Of a DNA stretch of 64,000 bases, positions 46,898 through 55,972 are shown one piece after another (the first letter of the stretch is position 1; each line of letters begins with the position of its first letter). This DNA is from a virus. Position numbers and translations under genes: made by a program. The notes beneath the pieces are model-generated. The model saw nothing but the letters and a program-made list of their open reading frames with translations, did not search any database and was not told the origin of the DNA. The stretch is taken from the IMG/VR virus record IMGVR_UViG_3300032311_001250, positions 14,443-78,442 of that record, one strand, 5' to 3'.

Positions 46898-47149
46898 ATG
46901 GCAACAGGCCAGAAGTACGAGAACGGAATGCTCGAGGGGTTCTTGGCCGCTCGGGGTGCCTATGCGTTTATGCAGGCACAGCAGACCCAGAATCCAGAGG
47001 CGATGCGGAGCTACCTTGATGCGTGCATTGCCTATGGGGATGCGCTCAGGATTTATCAGGCAGAAGGCGATGGCCCCGAGGTGCAGCGGCTTACCGGTGT
47101 CGGTATGGACGCGACCGACAAGGCGCACGAGCTTGAGAAGGCCTCATGA
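46898..47149 (+). CDS. Hypothetical protein
   Basis: Promoter TTGACA-N17-TATGGT; RBS AGGAGG. Confidence 0.75.
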   Translation: MATGQKYENGMLEGFLAARGAYAFMQAQQTQNPEAMRSYLDACIAYGDALRIYQAEGDGPEVQRLTGVGMDATDKAHELEKAS

Positions 47150-47466
47150 GCAACTTTAAGACCTATCTCCATAAGGGGTGCTCGGGGAAGTCCCGGGCGT
47201 CGAATGAATGGTGGGATGGCATCTACTTCTATGGGCTGCTTGAGGTCGTCTGCTCGATTATGGGCGAAGGCGACAAGACGCAGATTGGCGTCGTCCAGAA
47301 CCCGGAGGAGTACGCCTATCCGGAGATTACCGAGATTCGCTGCCACGACTGCGGTGAGAGCGTCCGGAAGGTCAGTATGCCGGCCTTGAAGCTTGAGACC
47401 CGCATCGGCCACGACCCAGAGTCGTATGGTCTGGTATACTGCGAATCTACCATTCAGCAGCCGTAG
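47146..47466 (+). CDS. Hypothetical protein
   Basis: ATGA overlap; CHDC. Confidence 0.7.
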   Translation: MSNFKTYLHKGCSGKSRASNEWWDGIYFYGLLEVVCSIMGEGDKTQIGVVQNPEEYAYPEITEIRCHDCGESVRKVSMPALKLETRIGHDPESYGLVYCESTIQQP

Positions 47467-47481
47467 TAGTTAGGAGGGTTT

Positions 47482-47538
47482 ATGGATAGCTTGTGGTTTT
47501 GGGTTATTTTCTTCCTCGTTTGCGGAGCCATCTTTTAA
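47482..47538 (+). CDS. 18-aa hydrophobic micropeptide
   Basis: RBS AGGAGGG; MDSLWFWVIFFLVCGAIF; TAATG-coupled to next gene. Confidence 0.55.
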   Translation: MDSLWFWVIFFLVCGAIF

Positions 47539-47807
47539 TGAAGGCGTGGGCAGTTCAGGCGTATCAGTACGATGCGGCCGTTCACTGCGTTGGATGCGCC
47601 AAGTCCCGGTTCGGCGAGGAGCTTGATTCATCGGCCGTGGATTCGGAGGGTAATCCCCCGTTCCCCATCTTTGCGTCAGATGACTTCTGCCCCTGCGGGG
47701 AGTGGTGCCTTTCTTGTGGCGCGGTTATTAGCGAGCCGTACAAGCATGAGCCGGGGATGTGCTCTCGTGGCTTCGACAACTGCCGTCTGGTGGTTGTGAA
47801 TGAGTGA
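47538..47807 (+). CDS. Cys-rich hypothetical protein
   Basis: AYQYDAAVHCVGC...DSEGN..PIF...CLSCG. Confidence 0.72.
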   Translation: MKAWAVQAYQYDAAVHCVGCAKSRFGEELDSSAVDSEGNPPFPIFASDDFCPCGEWCLSCGAVISEPYKHEPGMCSRGFDNCRLVVVNE

Positions 47808-48030
47808 GATGAGCGAACAGGAGATCCGGGAGAACTTTCAGATTATTTCGATTACGGTCAAGTGGACGGCGGAGGATATCCGTCGGCGCAGGCCGAACTG
47901 GTCAATCGAGGAGTGCGAACACTTCATCGACAGCTCCTATCCGGAGATTGCCGCTGAAGCGCAGGAGGCCGGCGACCGGATGATCGATTCAGTATTGGAG
48001 GCAATGGGAGATGAGCCGGAAACGAACTAG
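47800..48030 (+). CDS. Hypothetical protein
   Basis: WTAEDI...RP.WS.EEC..F. Confidence 0.7.
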   Translation: MSEMSEQEIRENFQIISITVKWTAEDIRRRRPNWSIEECEHFIDSSYPEIAAEAQEAGDRMIDSVLEAMGDEPETN

Positions 48031-48211
48031 CTCGTGGGAGTCAGGCAAGTGGCCAACCTGCCCGAATAACATCAGGCACACACTTGTACCAGATCCGAAC
48101 GGCGCGTGGGTATGCGAGGAGTGTAAGGCCGCCCACAAGCCCAGGAGCAAGACACCATTCCGGTTCGCCTTTGCGCTTGACAAGATGACATCAGAAGGAG
48201 ATACTCAGTAG
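48011..48211 (+). CDS. Zn-binding microprotein
   Basis: CP...H...CEEC; RBS GGGAG. Confidence 0.55.
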   Translation: MSRKRTSSWESGKWPTCPNNIRHTLVPDPNGAWVCEECKAAHKPRSKTPFRFAFALDKMTSEGDTQ

Positions 48212-48244
48212 TACGGCAGTTGCCGTGTAGTGTAGGAGGAAATT

Positions 48245-48514
48245 ATGGCAGTCGATCATGACGCACTGGTGAAGGAGCGCGAGAAGCTTCTGCCAGAGGA
48301 TCGGGAAGTTCATTACATCATCAGTGAGATGCTTGAGCCGCTGCGCGGCGCGCGGATTATTGGTGGCCGGGTTGAGGAAAGCGACGATTATTTCCCACCA
48401 TTCCCGGTTCTTATTATTGAGGACATTCACGGCGACAAGTTCGAGGTGATTGTCTCGGCGGACGACGAGATGAACGGCGGCGGTCGTCTTATCTTTCAGG
48501 TCGCCGATAGGTGA
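48245..48514 (+). CDS. Hypothetical protein
   Basis: Own promoter (48177-48205); RBS AGGAGG; DDEMNGGG. Confidence 0.78.
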   Translation: MAVDHDALVKEREKLLPEDREVHYIISEMLEPLRGARIIGGRVEESDDYFPPFPVLIIEDIHGDKFEVIVSADDEMNGGGRLIFQVADR

Positions 48515-48582
48515 TTGACAAGTTGCGACCGACCATTTAGTATCGTTAGCACGGCAGTTGCCGTATTGTTGTAGGAGGCAGT

Positions 48583-49149
48583 ATGGATAAGTTCAGGACA
48601 CGAATCGAGCAGGACACAGCCGACGGCTACGATGTCCTTGGCGACCGCGCAGGTCAGTTCTATACCGGAGAGAAGGCCGCAAACTACGGCTTCCCGTGGG
48701 ATGTCAAGCTTCCGGTCAATGACGAGAATGTCGCCACTTTCGCGCCACCGGCAGACGCGGTGTATGTCAGCAAGGTCTACGGATTCTCACACTCTGGCAT
48801 GAGCATCAGTCTTACGCCGTTCACGGATAAGTGGGATTCCGCGCAGATTGGGTTCTATGTGATTGAGAAGGATCAGGCGAAGTTCTGGCTCGGTGATTCG
48901 TATACCGAGGAGGAGCTTGCGGCGAAGGCCGAGGCCGAGATTAGCGTCGTAGACTCCGTGCTTCGTGGCGAGGTCTATTGCGTCATCTTGGAGAAGTCCG
49001 TCGATTGCGGCACAGCAGGACACGAGAACACTTGGGAGGTAGAGGAGTCGTTGGGCGGCATCATTGGCTACGACCAAGCAGAAGCCGAGGCCGACGCAAT
49101 GATTCGCTACAAGAAGGGCATCGTGGACTATGAGGGGGAGCGAGTATGA
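48583..49149 (+). CDS. Phage hypothetical protein
   Basis: Own promoter (48515-48543); Y..SHSG.SIS...WDSAQIGF...GEVY. Confidence 0.8.
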   Translation: MDKFRTRIEQDTADGYDVLGDRAGQFYTGEKAANYGFPWDVKLPVNDENVATFAPPADAVYVSKVYGFSHSGMSISLTPFTDKWDSAQIGFYVIEKDQAKFWLGDSYTEEELAAKAEAEISVVDSVLRGEVYCVILEKSVDCGTAGHENTWEVEESLGGIIGYDQAEAEADAMIRYKKGIVDYEGERV

Positions 49150-49397
49150 GCGGTCAGATGGATAAGTGTATTGCGTGTGGCGCAGTGGTGTTCTACGACG
49201 ACGAGAAGCTCGTCGGTACTTGGAACGGCATGCCATTCGACCGGTTTGATGTGCTTGAGCCGGAGCATTATGCCGAGGGTGTACCAGAAGGGTATCTGGT
49301 GTATTGCTTGGACTGCGCTCCGTGCGAGTGTGGCGACCACGAGCGGTTCGCCCCCCACCGAGCTTCGGAGATTGACAAGGGGAACGCAGGGGTATAG
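49146..49397 (+). CDS. Zn-binding hypothetical protein
   Basis: CIACG...YCLDC; ATGA overlap. Confidence 0.68.
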   Translation: MSGQMDKCIACGAVVFYDDEKLVGTWNGMPFDRFDVLEPEHYAEGVPEGYLVYCLDCAPCECGDHERFAPHRASEIDKGNAGV

Positions 49398-49440
49398 TAT
49401 TGTCGTGCTCCACTTGGAGTGAGGAAGTGTAGGAGGAAGT

Positions 49441-50238
49441 ATGCCAAACTGGTGTGTGAATCAGGTAGACATTAGCGGTGATGAGGCGGAGATTGTCCGG
49501 CTCATTGCGTTGGTGAAGGGTAGCGATAGCGACTTCGACTTCGCCAAGATTGTGCCGCCACCGGATAGCCCTATCTATGCTGCGGCAGAGACGCAGAATG
49601 ACTTCCAGTGCGGCTGTCAGAAGGTTTGGGTTGAGACGAAGCCGCAGGTCGGCGAGTGGGGCGAGGACGGCTTTGAGAAGGCTGAAGGCCATTGGGAAGT
49701 GAACGGCTTACTCATTGAGAAGGAAGTGCTCGACAACGGCACGATTAAGGACTTTGTTGCTGTCGGATTTGGCGGCTCATGGGTCTGCCCGACGCACAAG
49801 CTCGGCGAGATTTCGTCGCACCCAGACTGGTGGTACAACTGGAATGTTGCCAACTGGGGGACGAAGTGGAACTGCGGTGAGGTGTGGAATGACCGCGCCG
49901 ACGACCTTGCTACTGATGGTCGCACCTCGTATAACTTTGAGACGGCGTGGAGTCCTGCGGAGCCTGTGGTTCACGCGCTCTCTGGGCTGTTCCCAACGCT
50001 GACCATTTCGCACCGCTATTGCGAGGGTGGGATGGGGTACGCGGGTGAGGTGATGTATCACTCGGGCAACGAAATCTCACGGCAGGAATACAGCAGCGAG
50101 CACGACTCCCTCCCAGACGAGGCATGGTACAAGGAGGAGGATGGCTCGCGTGGCTATGAACGCAACTATGATACGATTCCAATGACCGCCTTTGAGTCGT
50201 TCTGTGATGAACACTTCGGCGGCGTAGTAGGAGGTTGA
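49441..50238 (+). CDS. DUF1281/YubB ferredoxin-like protein
   Basis: MPNWCVN...FDFAKIVP...WYNWNVANWGTKWN...FETAWSP. Confidence 0.85.
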   Translation: MPNWCVNQVDISGDEAEIVRLIALVKGSDSDFDFAKIVPPPDSPIYAAAETQNDFQCGCQKVWVETKPQVGEWGEDGFEKAEGHWEVNGLLIEKEVLDNGTIKDFVAVGFGGSWVCPTHKLGEISSHPDWWYNWNVANWGTKWNCGEVWNDRADDLATDGRTSYNFETAWSPAEPVVHALSGLFPTLTISHRYCEGGMGYAGEVMYHSGNEISRQEYSSEHDSLPDEAWYKEEDGSRGYERNYDTIPMTAFESFCDEHFGGVVGG

Positions 50239-50591
50239 GTATGAAGCCGGTATACAGCGCATACATTGACGGCAATACGATTGACGAAATCGTGGAGTCG
50301 GGAGAGGGCTTTGTCTACTCCGACATCTATCCGCAGGTTGAGGGGGTCTTCGGTAGGACGGCCTTGTATGAGGCTCTTGCCGGAGCTTCGGACAACCTCG
50401 CCGACGACACGCTCTACATCACCCTTCAGGGCGACCCGTTCGTCAGCCACGAGCGGCACGGACAAATCGTTCTCGGGTGGATTGAGGGAATGCGCGGCGC
50501 GAATGTCAGCATCTTTAGCTACGACGAGCCGGCGAAGGAATACATGGACTATCTTCGCCAGAGCGCGAAAGAAGAAGGAATCTCGGCGTGA
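50235..50591 (+). CDS. Hypothetical protein
   Basis: RBS AGGAGG; operon context. Confidence 0.7.
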   Translation: MSMKPVYSAYIDGNTIDEIVESGEGFVYSDIYPQVEGVFGRTALYEALAGASDNLADDTLYITLQGDPFVSHERHGQIVLGWIEGMRGANVSIFSYDEPAKEYMDYLRQSAKEEGISA

Positions 50592-50639
50592 TTGCCGCTA
50601 TCTATGCGATAGCCCTTGCCGGATGGATTCTGAAGTTTA

Positions 50640-50894
50640 TTAGTTTGGTAGCTCCGAAGGTGCCACCACATCCACCGAAAGATCATCCTCGCCGGGTGCG
50701 ACGAATCCCTCCGGGGTGTTGATCCACCGGACGGCAAACTCGATATCGTCGCTACCCGGCTGACTCTTTTCGGCGTCTAGTCCAATCATCCGTAGGGCCT
50801 CGTTCGGCGTTGTGGCGACATCGTAGAAACCGGCACTCGAGGTGATATGCCAAGTGTCAGGTTTTCCGGGTTTATACACGACGAAATATGTCAT
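50640..50894 (-). CDS. Hypothetical protein, counter-oriented and leaderless
   Basis: GACAAT 6 nt before ATG; no competing long plus-strand ORF. Confidence 0.6.
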   Translation of the reverse strand: MTYFVVYKPGKPDTWHITSSAGFYDVATTPNEALRMIGLDAEKSQPGSDDIEFAVRWINTPEGFVAPGEDDLSVDVVAPSELPN

Positions 50895-51022
50895 GCGAGG
50901 ATTGTCCAACCCCGCACCCCAAGAGGGAATAGCAGCAGATTCTACCGATTGACATGGTACGCCTGTCAGTAGAGTCCTCGTACGAGCTGGGCGTCTCCCA
51001 GTATGGTTCACAGGAGAGAGCA

Positions 51023-51475
51023 ATGGAACGAAACAATCTCATTGCCACCGATTACCTTGGTGGTATGACGCTCCAGTCCGTCGCGGAAAAGTACGGCATT
51101 ACTCGGCAGCGAGTTCAGCAGATCGTCGCAAAGATGGGCGTTAGCCGTCCACCGATTCTGAATAGCACGCGGCTTCGCAAGTACGACTACGACGAGATCG
51201 TGTCTTACTATCGTGAACATTCGCCGACACTTACCGAGATCACGAAGCAGTTCAACTGCTCGACCAGTACGGTCAGGAACGCGCTCTTTAAGGCCGGCCT
51301 TACGACCAACAAGCGCGCGAAGTTCACCACGGATGCCGTACAGGATGTCATCACCCGGTATCGCGCCGGTGAGCGTCTCGTGTTGATTGGTAAGAGCTAC
51401 GATGTCAGCGCGCAGTACATCAACACTGTGCTTCGTCGCGCCGGCGTTCAGCCGGTACGGAGGTCAGTGAAGTGA
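51023..51475 (+). CDS. Triple-HTH DNA-binding protein
   Basis: Three HTH units (TLQSVAEKYGITRQRV; TLTEITKQFNCSTSTV; RLVLIGKSYDVSAQYI). Confidence 0.82.
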   Translation: MERNNLIATDYLGGMTLQSVAEKYGITRQRVQQIVAKMGVSRPPILNSTRLRKYDYDEIVSYYREHSPTLTEITKQFNCSTSTVRNALFKAGLTTNKRAKFTTDAVQDVITRYRAGERLVLIGKSYDVSAQYINTVLRRAGVQPVRRSVK

Positions 51476-51729
51476 GTGATCAGCTGTATACCGAGGACGA
51501 TTACCGGGCGTATGTCCGGTTCCGCAAGGCATTAGAGCGTCATACGGCATACGGCAAGCGCATCCGTCGGTACATCAGGGAGAACCGCGATTTAGTGGAG
51601 CTTTCAGGATGGATTGACTGGGCGTACGAGGAATCACGCAAGCCGCTCGATTATCAGGTTCCGCCCTGGTCAGACGAACAGAAGCTTGCGATGTCCACCC
51701 GGTACGAGGCCAGCAAGGGGCGCGCGTAG
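51472..51729 (+). CDS. Hypothetical protein
   Basis: GTGA overlap. Confidence 0.68.
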   Translation: MSDQLYTEDDYRAYVRFRKALERHTAYGKRIRRYIRENRDLVELSGWIDWAYEESRKPLDYQVPPWSDEQKLAMSTRYEASKGRA

Positions 51730-51805
51730 GGTCTTGACGACTCCGGTAGGGCGGGTGTATGCTCGCTCTGCCGGAGCTTTCCGGTAGGAAGTTGTAGGAG
51801 GAAGT

Positions 51806-52237
51806 ATGGGCTACGACATCTACTCGATGCGCGAGGACAGGGAGAAGTCGCACGCATTTGCGAAGAAGGCGACTCCGTGGGTCTTGGAGGAGAACGGCGA
51901 ACTGCCGGACTATTGGCGCAACACGGCCTATTACCGGATGAACATCTGGGGGATGGGTGTCTTGCGTCAGCTCAATGAGAAGCTTGGCGTAGGTTTTCTC
52001 AATGAGGCCTTGTACGACAACTCCGGTACGGTCATCCGCGACTGGGAGTGCGAGGATGCGTTTGAGGCTTTGTCCAAGAAGGATGACTTGGAGATTCGTG
52101 CTGCCGTGATCGAGGTCGTCAAGGATGAGCCAGAGCTGAACAACGACGAGCAGGTCGGCCTGTGGGTTCAGGAGGTTCGCCATTGGCAGGAATACCTTCG
52201 CATCTGCTCCGAGCTGAAGGGTTGCGAGGTTTTGTGA
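51806..52237 (+). CDS. Hypothetical protein
   Basis: Own promoter TTGACG-N18-TATGCT; MGYDIY...YYRMNIWG. Confidence 0.8.
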   Translation: MGYDIYSMREDREKSHAFAKKATPWVLEENGELPDYWRNTAYYRMNIWGMGVLRQLNEKLGVGFLNEALYDNSGTVIRDWECEDAFEALSKKDDLEIRAAVIEVVKDEPELNNDEQVGLWVQEVRHWQEYLRICSELKGCEVL

Positions 52238-52310
52238 TTCTGGTATTCTGGTGCTTGGTCGGGCTTCTGACCTTGTATGTATTGCGGCTTACGAGCCGGT
52301 AGGAGGCTGT

Positions 52311-52580
52311 ATGGAGGACTTGGTTATCACTTATCACCACGACCCATCGCACGGGTGGCTTGAAGTGAAGCGCGAGCTTGTAGAGATGCTTGGTATTCAG
52401 GGGCTTATCACCTCATACTCGTATCAGAAGGGCGACCGCTTATTCTTGGAGGAGGATGCCGACGCATCATTGCTCGTGCGCTCTCTTGGGGAGCTTGGCA
52501 TCAAGTACACGCTCATTGACCGGCACACCAACGCCGACCATTGGATTCGGGTACTTGACCGCTACAACGCACTAGATTAG
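52311..52580 (+). CDS. Phage hypothetical protein
   Basis: DPSHGWLEV...SYSY...FLEEDADA; RBS AGGAGG. Confidence 0.8.
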   Translation: MEDLVITYHHDPSHGWLEVKRELVEMLGIQGLITSYSYQKGDRLFLEEDADASLLVRSLGELGIKYTLIDRHTNADHWIRVLDRYNALD

Positions 52581-52626
52581 TATTGCTCTGCGGCGCTTGC
52601 CGTGAGGAAGTAGGAAGGAGTACGCA

Positions 52627-53130
52627 ATGGGATACTATGTAAATGGCAATGGTCATCTGGTCATCAAGAAGGAGAATCTTGCTGCGGCCTATGAAGCGTT
52701 GATGGCACTCAACGACGCACCGGACAGCGCGAAGCGCGGCGGGTCGTACAGCGGCGGCAAGCAGCACTCATCGTGGTTCTCGTGGATGCCAGCCGACCTT
52801 CGTGAACTCGCAGACACGAAGGCCGTGTTTGAGGCGTTGGGCTTTGAGACGATGGATGCCAACGGCGACCTCGTGATTACCTGCTACGACAACAAGATCG
52901 GGCAAGAGGAAGTATTCTTTGCCGCTGCTGCTCCGTTCATTGAGAACGGCTCGTATGAGTGGACAGGCGAGGACAGCGCGTTCTGGGAGTGGGAGTTCAT
53001 TGACGGCAAGATGTATCAGCGCGATGGGATTCGTGAGTACGGCGAGGCCGTTGAGGTGAGCGTGCCGGGGCTTCATCGTGAGCAGGTTGAGATGATGGAG
53101 CGCATTGAGGCCTCGTTCGGCAAGAAGTAG
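52627..53130 (+). CDS. Phage hypothetical protein
   Basis: RBS AAGGAG; FSW...YDNK.G.E...APF...W.GED. Confidence 0.8.
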   Translation: MGYYVNGNGHLVIKKENLAAAYEALMALNDAPDSAKRGGSYSGGKQHSSWFSWMPADLRELADTKAVFEALGFETMDANGDLVITCYDNKIGQEEVFFAAAAPFIENGSYEWTGEDSAFWEWEFIDGKMYQRDGIREYGEAVEVSVPGLHREQVEMMERIEASFGKK

Positions 53131-53210
53131 TGCTTGACCCGGCTGCGTCTATCGTTTAGTCTTAGGCGTAGCCGGGTTCGGCTATCTAGCTAGTAGGAGA
53201 GGAGAGGACA

Positions 53211-53411
53211 ATGGAAACGCAATGCGACACCTGTAAGCAGGTCGTAGAGAACGGCTATTGGGCTGATAACAACGCTTCCGGTATCGTTCAGTGGTACTGC
53301 GAGCCGTGCGAGGAACACCGCTCCGAGAAGTATGGCTGCGCGATGCTGCTTTCGGAAGGGGCAACCTGCTACGAGGGCGAGTGTGGCTGCGGCGGAGAGG
53401 GAACTTACTGA
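53211..53411 (+). CDS. Cys-rich microprotein
   Basis: Own promoter; CDTC, YCEPC, CGC. Confidence 0.7.
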   Translation: METQCDTCKQVVENGYWADNNASGIVQWYCEPCEEHRSEKYGCAMLLSEGATCYEGECGCGGEGTY

Positions 53412-53755
53412 TGAGGCCGTACATTGACTTCTGGGATTCGTTAGACGACCTTCTGATGACGATGTTCCGCGACACCGAGGCTTATGTGTATGGGCCAGAA
53501 AAGATTGGTCGGTGGTGCTGTAATACCTGTACCGCAGCGGAGCTTAGTCTGATGGCTGATGCGGACAACATTAGCGATCCGGTATTCTTTTACTATCACG
53601 ACCAGAACCGCGATACCGACTCAGATGAGTGCTATCTGGGGTGGTCTGGTGGGCAGCGTGCACTCGACCTCATCAAGCAGTATTGCGACTACTACGGATT
53701 GGTGGTAGAGTTGCCAGAGAACGAGGACAAAAAGATTCTCGTCAAGGATAACTAG
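53411..53755 (+). CDS. Hypothetical protein (DUF6891-like)
   Basis: WCCNTC...FFYYHDQ...YLGW; TGATG coupling. Confidence 0.72.
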   Translation: MRPYIDFWDSLDDLLMTMFRDTEAYVYGPEKIGRWCCNTCTAAELSLMADADNISDPVFFYYHDQNRDTDSDECYLGWSGGQRALDLIKQYCDYYGLVVELPENEDKKILVKDN

Positions 53756-53763
53756 GAGGACTT

Positions 53764-54258
53764 ATGGCAAAGAGGAAGGCTAATAGCATTGCCGAAACCG
53801 GTATGTGGAACGCCTATGAGTATTCGGTGAAGCGCACCGCACGCAGCAACAAGTCGGCGGTCATCACGAGTCCACGCGACCTTGCGGCTCTGTTCCGCGA
53901 GTTCGCTGACGCGGAGATGAGTGAGGCCTTGTTCGTCGTGTCGTTCGGTGGGCGCAACAACCTGCTTGGGATTCATCGTATCTACTCTGGTACGGCGACC
54001 GGAACTTCGGTGCGGATTGGCGAACTGCTCCGCTCTGCGCTGATGATGGGCGCGGTCGGTATGGCGTTGGTTCACAACCACCCTTCGGGCGACCATCAGC
54101 CGTCTGATGAGGACATTAGGCTCACGGCTGATGTGGCGAAGGCCGCCACGCTGCTTGATGTTCAGTTCCTTGACCATCTGGTCGTCGGAGCGAACGGAGC
54201 GTTCACGAGTATCCGCTCACAGAAGCCGAGTATGTTTGAGGACAGCACCCTGAACTAG
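53764..54258 (+). CDS. radC: RadC-like JAB/MPN domain protein
   Basis: ITSPRD...E.L...VHNHPSGD..PSDEDIRLT...LDHLVVG. Confidence 0.92.
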   Translation: MAKRKANSIAETGMWNAYEYSVKRTARSNKSAVITSPRDLAALFREFADAEMSEALFVVSFGGRNNLLGIHRIYSGTATGTSVRIGELLRSALMMGAVGMALVHNHPSGDHQPSDEDIRLTADVAKAATLLDVQFLDHLVVGANGAFTSIRSQKPSMFEDSTLN

Positions 54259-54263
54259 CTACG

Positions 54264-54338
54264 ACTCGTCGGGGGGTGTCCTCCCCCCCACGAGTCCTAT
54301 CCCCCCGGCGGAGTCCTCCCGCCGGGGGATTTTCTTTG
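54264..54338 (+). terminator. Tandem hairpins ending in an intrinsic terminator
   Basis: GACTCGT-G6/C7-ACGAGTC, then CCCCCGGCGG/CCGCCGGGGG-ATTTTCTTT. Confidence 0.8.
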
Positions 54339-54499
54339 TAGCTCGACTTATTCATTATCCAGGCCGTATACCCCCGCACCCCCATACCCCCAGACCCCCA
54401 TACCGGCTGTTGCCCGGACTTCGAATAGTTAAGATACCTTACACATCTCTTATCCTGAACTTAGTTGACGAGATGATACCGGTGTGAGAAACTCCGTAT

Positions 54500-54931
54500 G
54501 TCGGAGCAATCCTAGGAGAAGCTACCGACTAGGTGAGAGTGTTGGGAACGAAGCACGCAGCCGAAAAATGCGAAGTGGTTCAGGCGAGTGATGGCCTCTA
54601 ATTGCTGCTGTAAATGCGGGAGAGGAAGCTTGGGAAGCGGAAGCCGGGGCAATGATCAAAACCGGTGAAAGCGACCAACCTACCGGAATCTCTGGGAGCG
54701 ACGGCTCTCAGGGGTTCCGGGACATAATGAATCCGTTCCGGGTAGAGGCCGGATAGTTGGTAGATAGACGAACTACCCGCGACGATAAGGATACCGGGCA
54801 TTTGGACTAACCATCAGGGTGGCTGGTATCAGGGGGCAACCGGAAGGCGAAGCTCCTCTCCGCAAGGGGATAAGCGTCAGTAGCGCGATAGCTGGGGGGT
54901 TGAGTCAGATGTGGTGTCTGGCCGACCCCCC
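54500..54931 (+). ncRNA. Candidate large (~430 nt) structured non-coding RNA
   Basis: TTGACG-N17-GAAACT; 5' GUCGG/CCGAC stem; many helices with G-U pairs and GNRA loops; terminal G6/C6 hairpin; no sense ORF. Confidence 0.7.
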
Positions 54932-55011
54932 TTCATACTTGACGACAGGAATCGTTGGGTGTAGTGTTCGTAGTGCCGGTGCTTGCCGGTATGAAAGGAA
55001 GGAGAGGACAG

Positions 55012-55317
55012 ATGGACTTGTTTGAGATTCCGGTTGGCGACCCGCAGGAGAGCACCTGCTCGTGCCGTTGCGGTTGTGAGGTTCCGTTGTCCGGTGGTAC
55101 TTGCGTTGATTGCGGCGAGGGTACGCACCAGAACAACAACGGCCTTGATGAGTTCCGCACTTGCGAGAACGCGAACCGGTGGCCTGAGATGGAACACAAG
55201 GCGGTAGAGCCTCGGCCTTTCCGCTACGGGTGGAACGGCTATGAGAACGCCTATGAGGAGTCGGTGGACTTGTGCGCGGAGTGCTATGAGGCGTGGCAGC
55301 AGGTCGGGTGGAACTAA
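55012..55317 (+). CDS. Cys-rich hypothetical protein
   Basis: Own promoter TTGACG-N17-TAGTGT; CSCRCGC, CVDC, LCAEC. Confidence 0.72.
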   Translation: MDLFEIPVGDPQESTCSCRCGCEVPLSGGTCVDCGEGTHQNNNGLDEFRTCENANRWPEMEHKAVEPRPFRYGWNGYENAYEESVDLCAECYEAWQQVGWN

Positions 55318-55676
55318 TGAGCAGGAACGACGCGGCCTTCTTTACGCCGTATCACGATTGCGACCCGGTGTGGTTCTCCGACGATAAGAGCGTGGTCATT
55401 TACCGCAACGGCGAGATGAGGATTCACTTTACCGAGCCAGACGGCAGCACGAGCGTTCTCCGGTATACGAACGACCTTGACGCGAAGGGGCTTGATACTG
55501 ACGAGAAGCTCGCTGACGCTGAGAAGTCCGGCGCGATTGAGTTCCACAATAATCCGTGGTTCGAGGTCGTCTATCACGACAACGAGGAAGGCGAGGTCTT
55601 TATTGGCCTTGATGAGGCCAAGAGGTACGCCGAAAGGATTGTCGCCAAGTATTCTGAGTGGCAGGAGAAGGTATGA
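55317..55676 (+). CDS. Hypothetical protein
   Basis: TAATG coupling; GEMRI...NNPWFEV. Confidence 0.78.
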   Translation: MSRNDAAFFTPYHDCDPVWFSDDKSVVIYRNGEMRIHFTEPDGSTSVLRYTNDLDAKGLDTDEKLADAEKSGAIEFHNNPWFEVVYHDNEEGEVFIGLDEAKRYAERIVAKYSEWQEKV

Positions 55677-55972
55677 TCGTCTACCGGAGCTTCCCCTCTG
55701 GGGCGTGGGTGGTCAGCGACATCGTAGGTGGGTACTTGACGACCCAGACCTACTATGGGTACACTCGTTCAGAAGCCGTACGGAAGTTCCGTGCGGAAGT
55801 AGGAAGGGAAGGTACAGAGATGAGCCGGAACGCTTGCGCGTGGTGCGGCACCGAGGTTGATGACGAGCGGCAGTACGAGTCGCGCATTTGCGAGGAGTGC
55901 TATCGTGAGGCGTATGAGGCCTCGCAAGAGGAAATCGGAGTAGAGGAGATGAGGAACAATGCGACTCTTTGA
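55673..55972 (+). CDS. Hypothetical protein, possible fusion with internal start at 55820
   Basis: ATGA overlap; YYGYT..EA; C-terminal CAWC/CEEC. Confidence 0.68.
   Translation: MIVYRSFPSGAWVVSDIVGGYLTTQTYYGYTRSEAVRKFRAEVGREGTEMSRNACAWCGTEVDDERQYESRICEECYREAYEASQEEIGVEEMRNNATL

Noticed and set aside
54500-54931. RNase P RNA or group I/II intron
   Set aside because: No GAGGAAAGUC/P4 pairing, no P7 GACUA-UAGUC pair, no domain V, and no interrupted gene.
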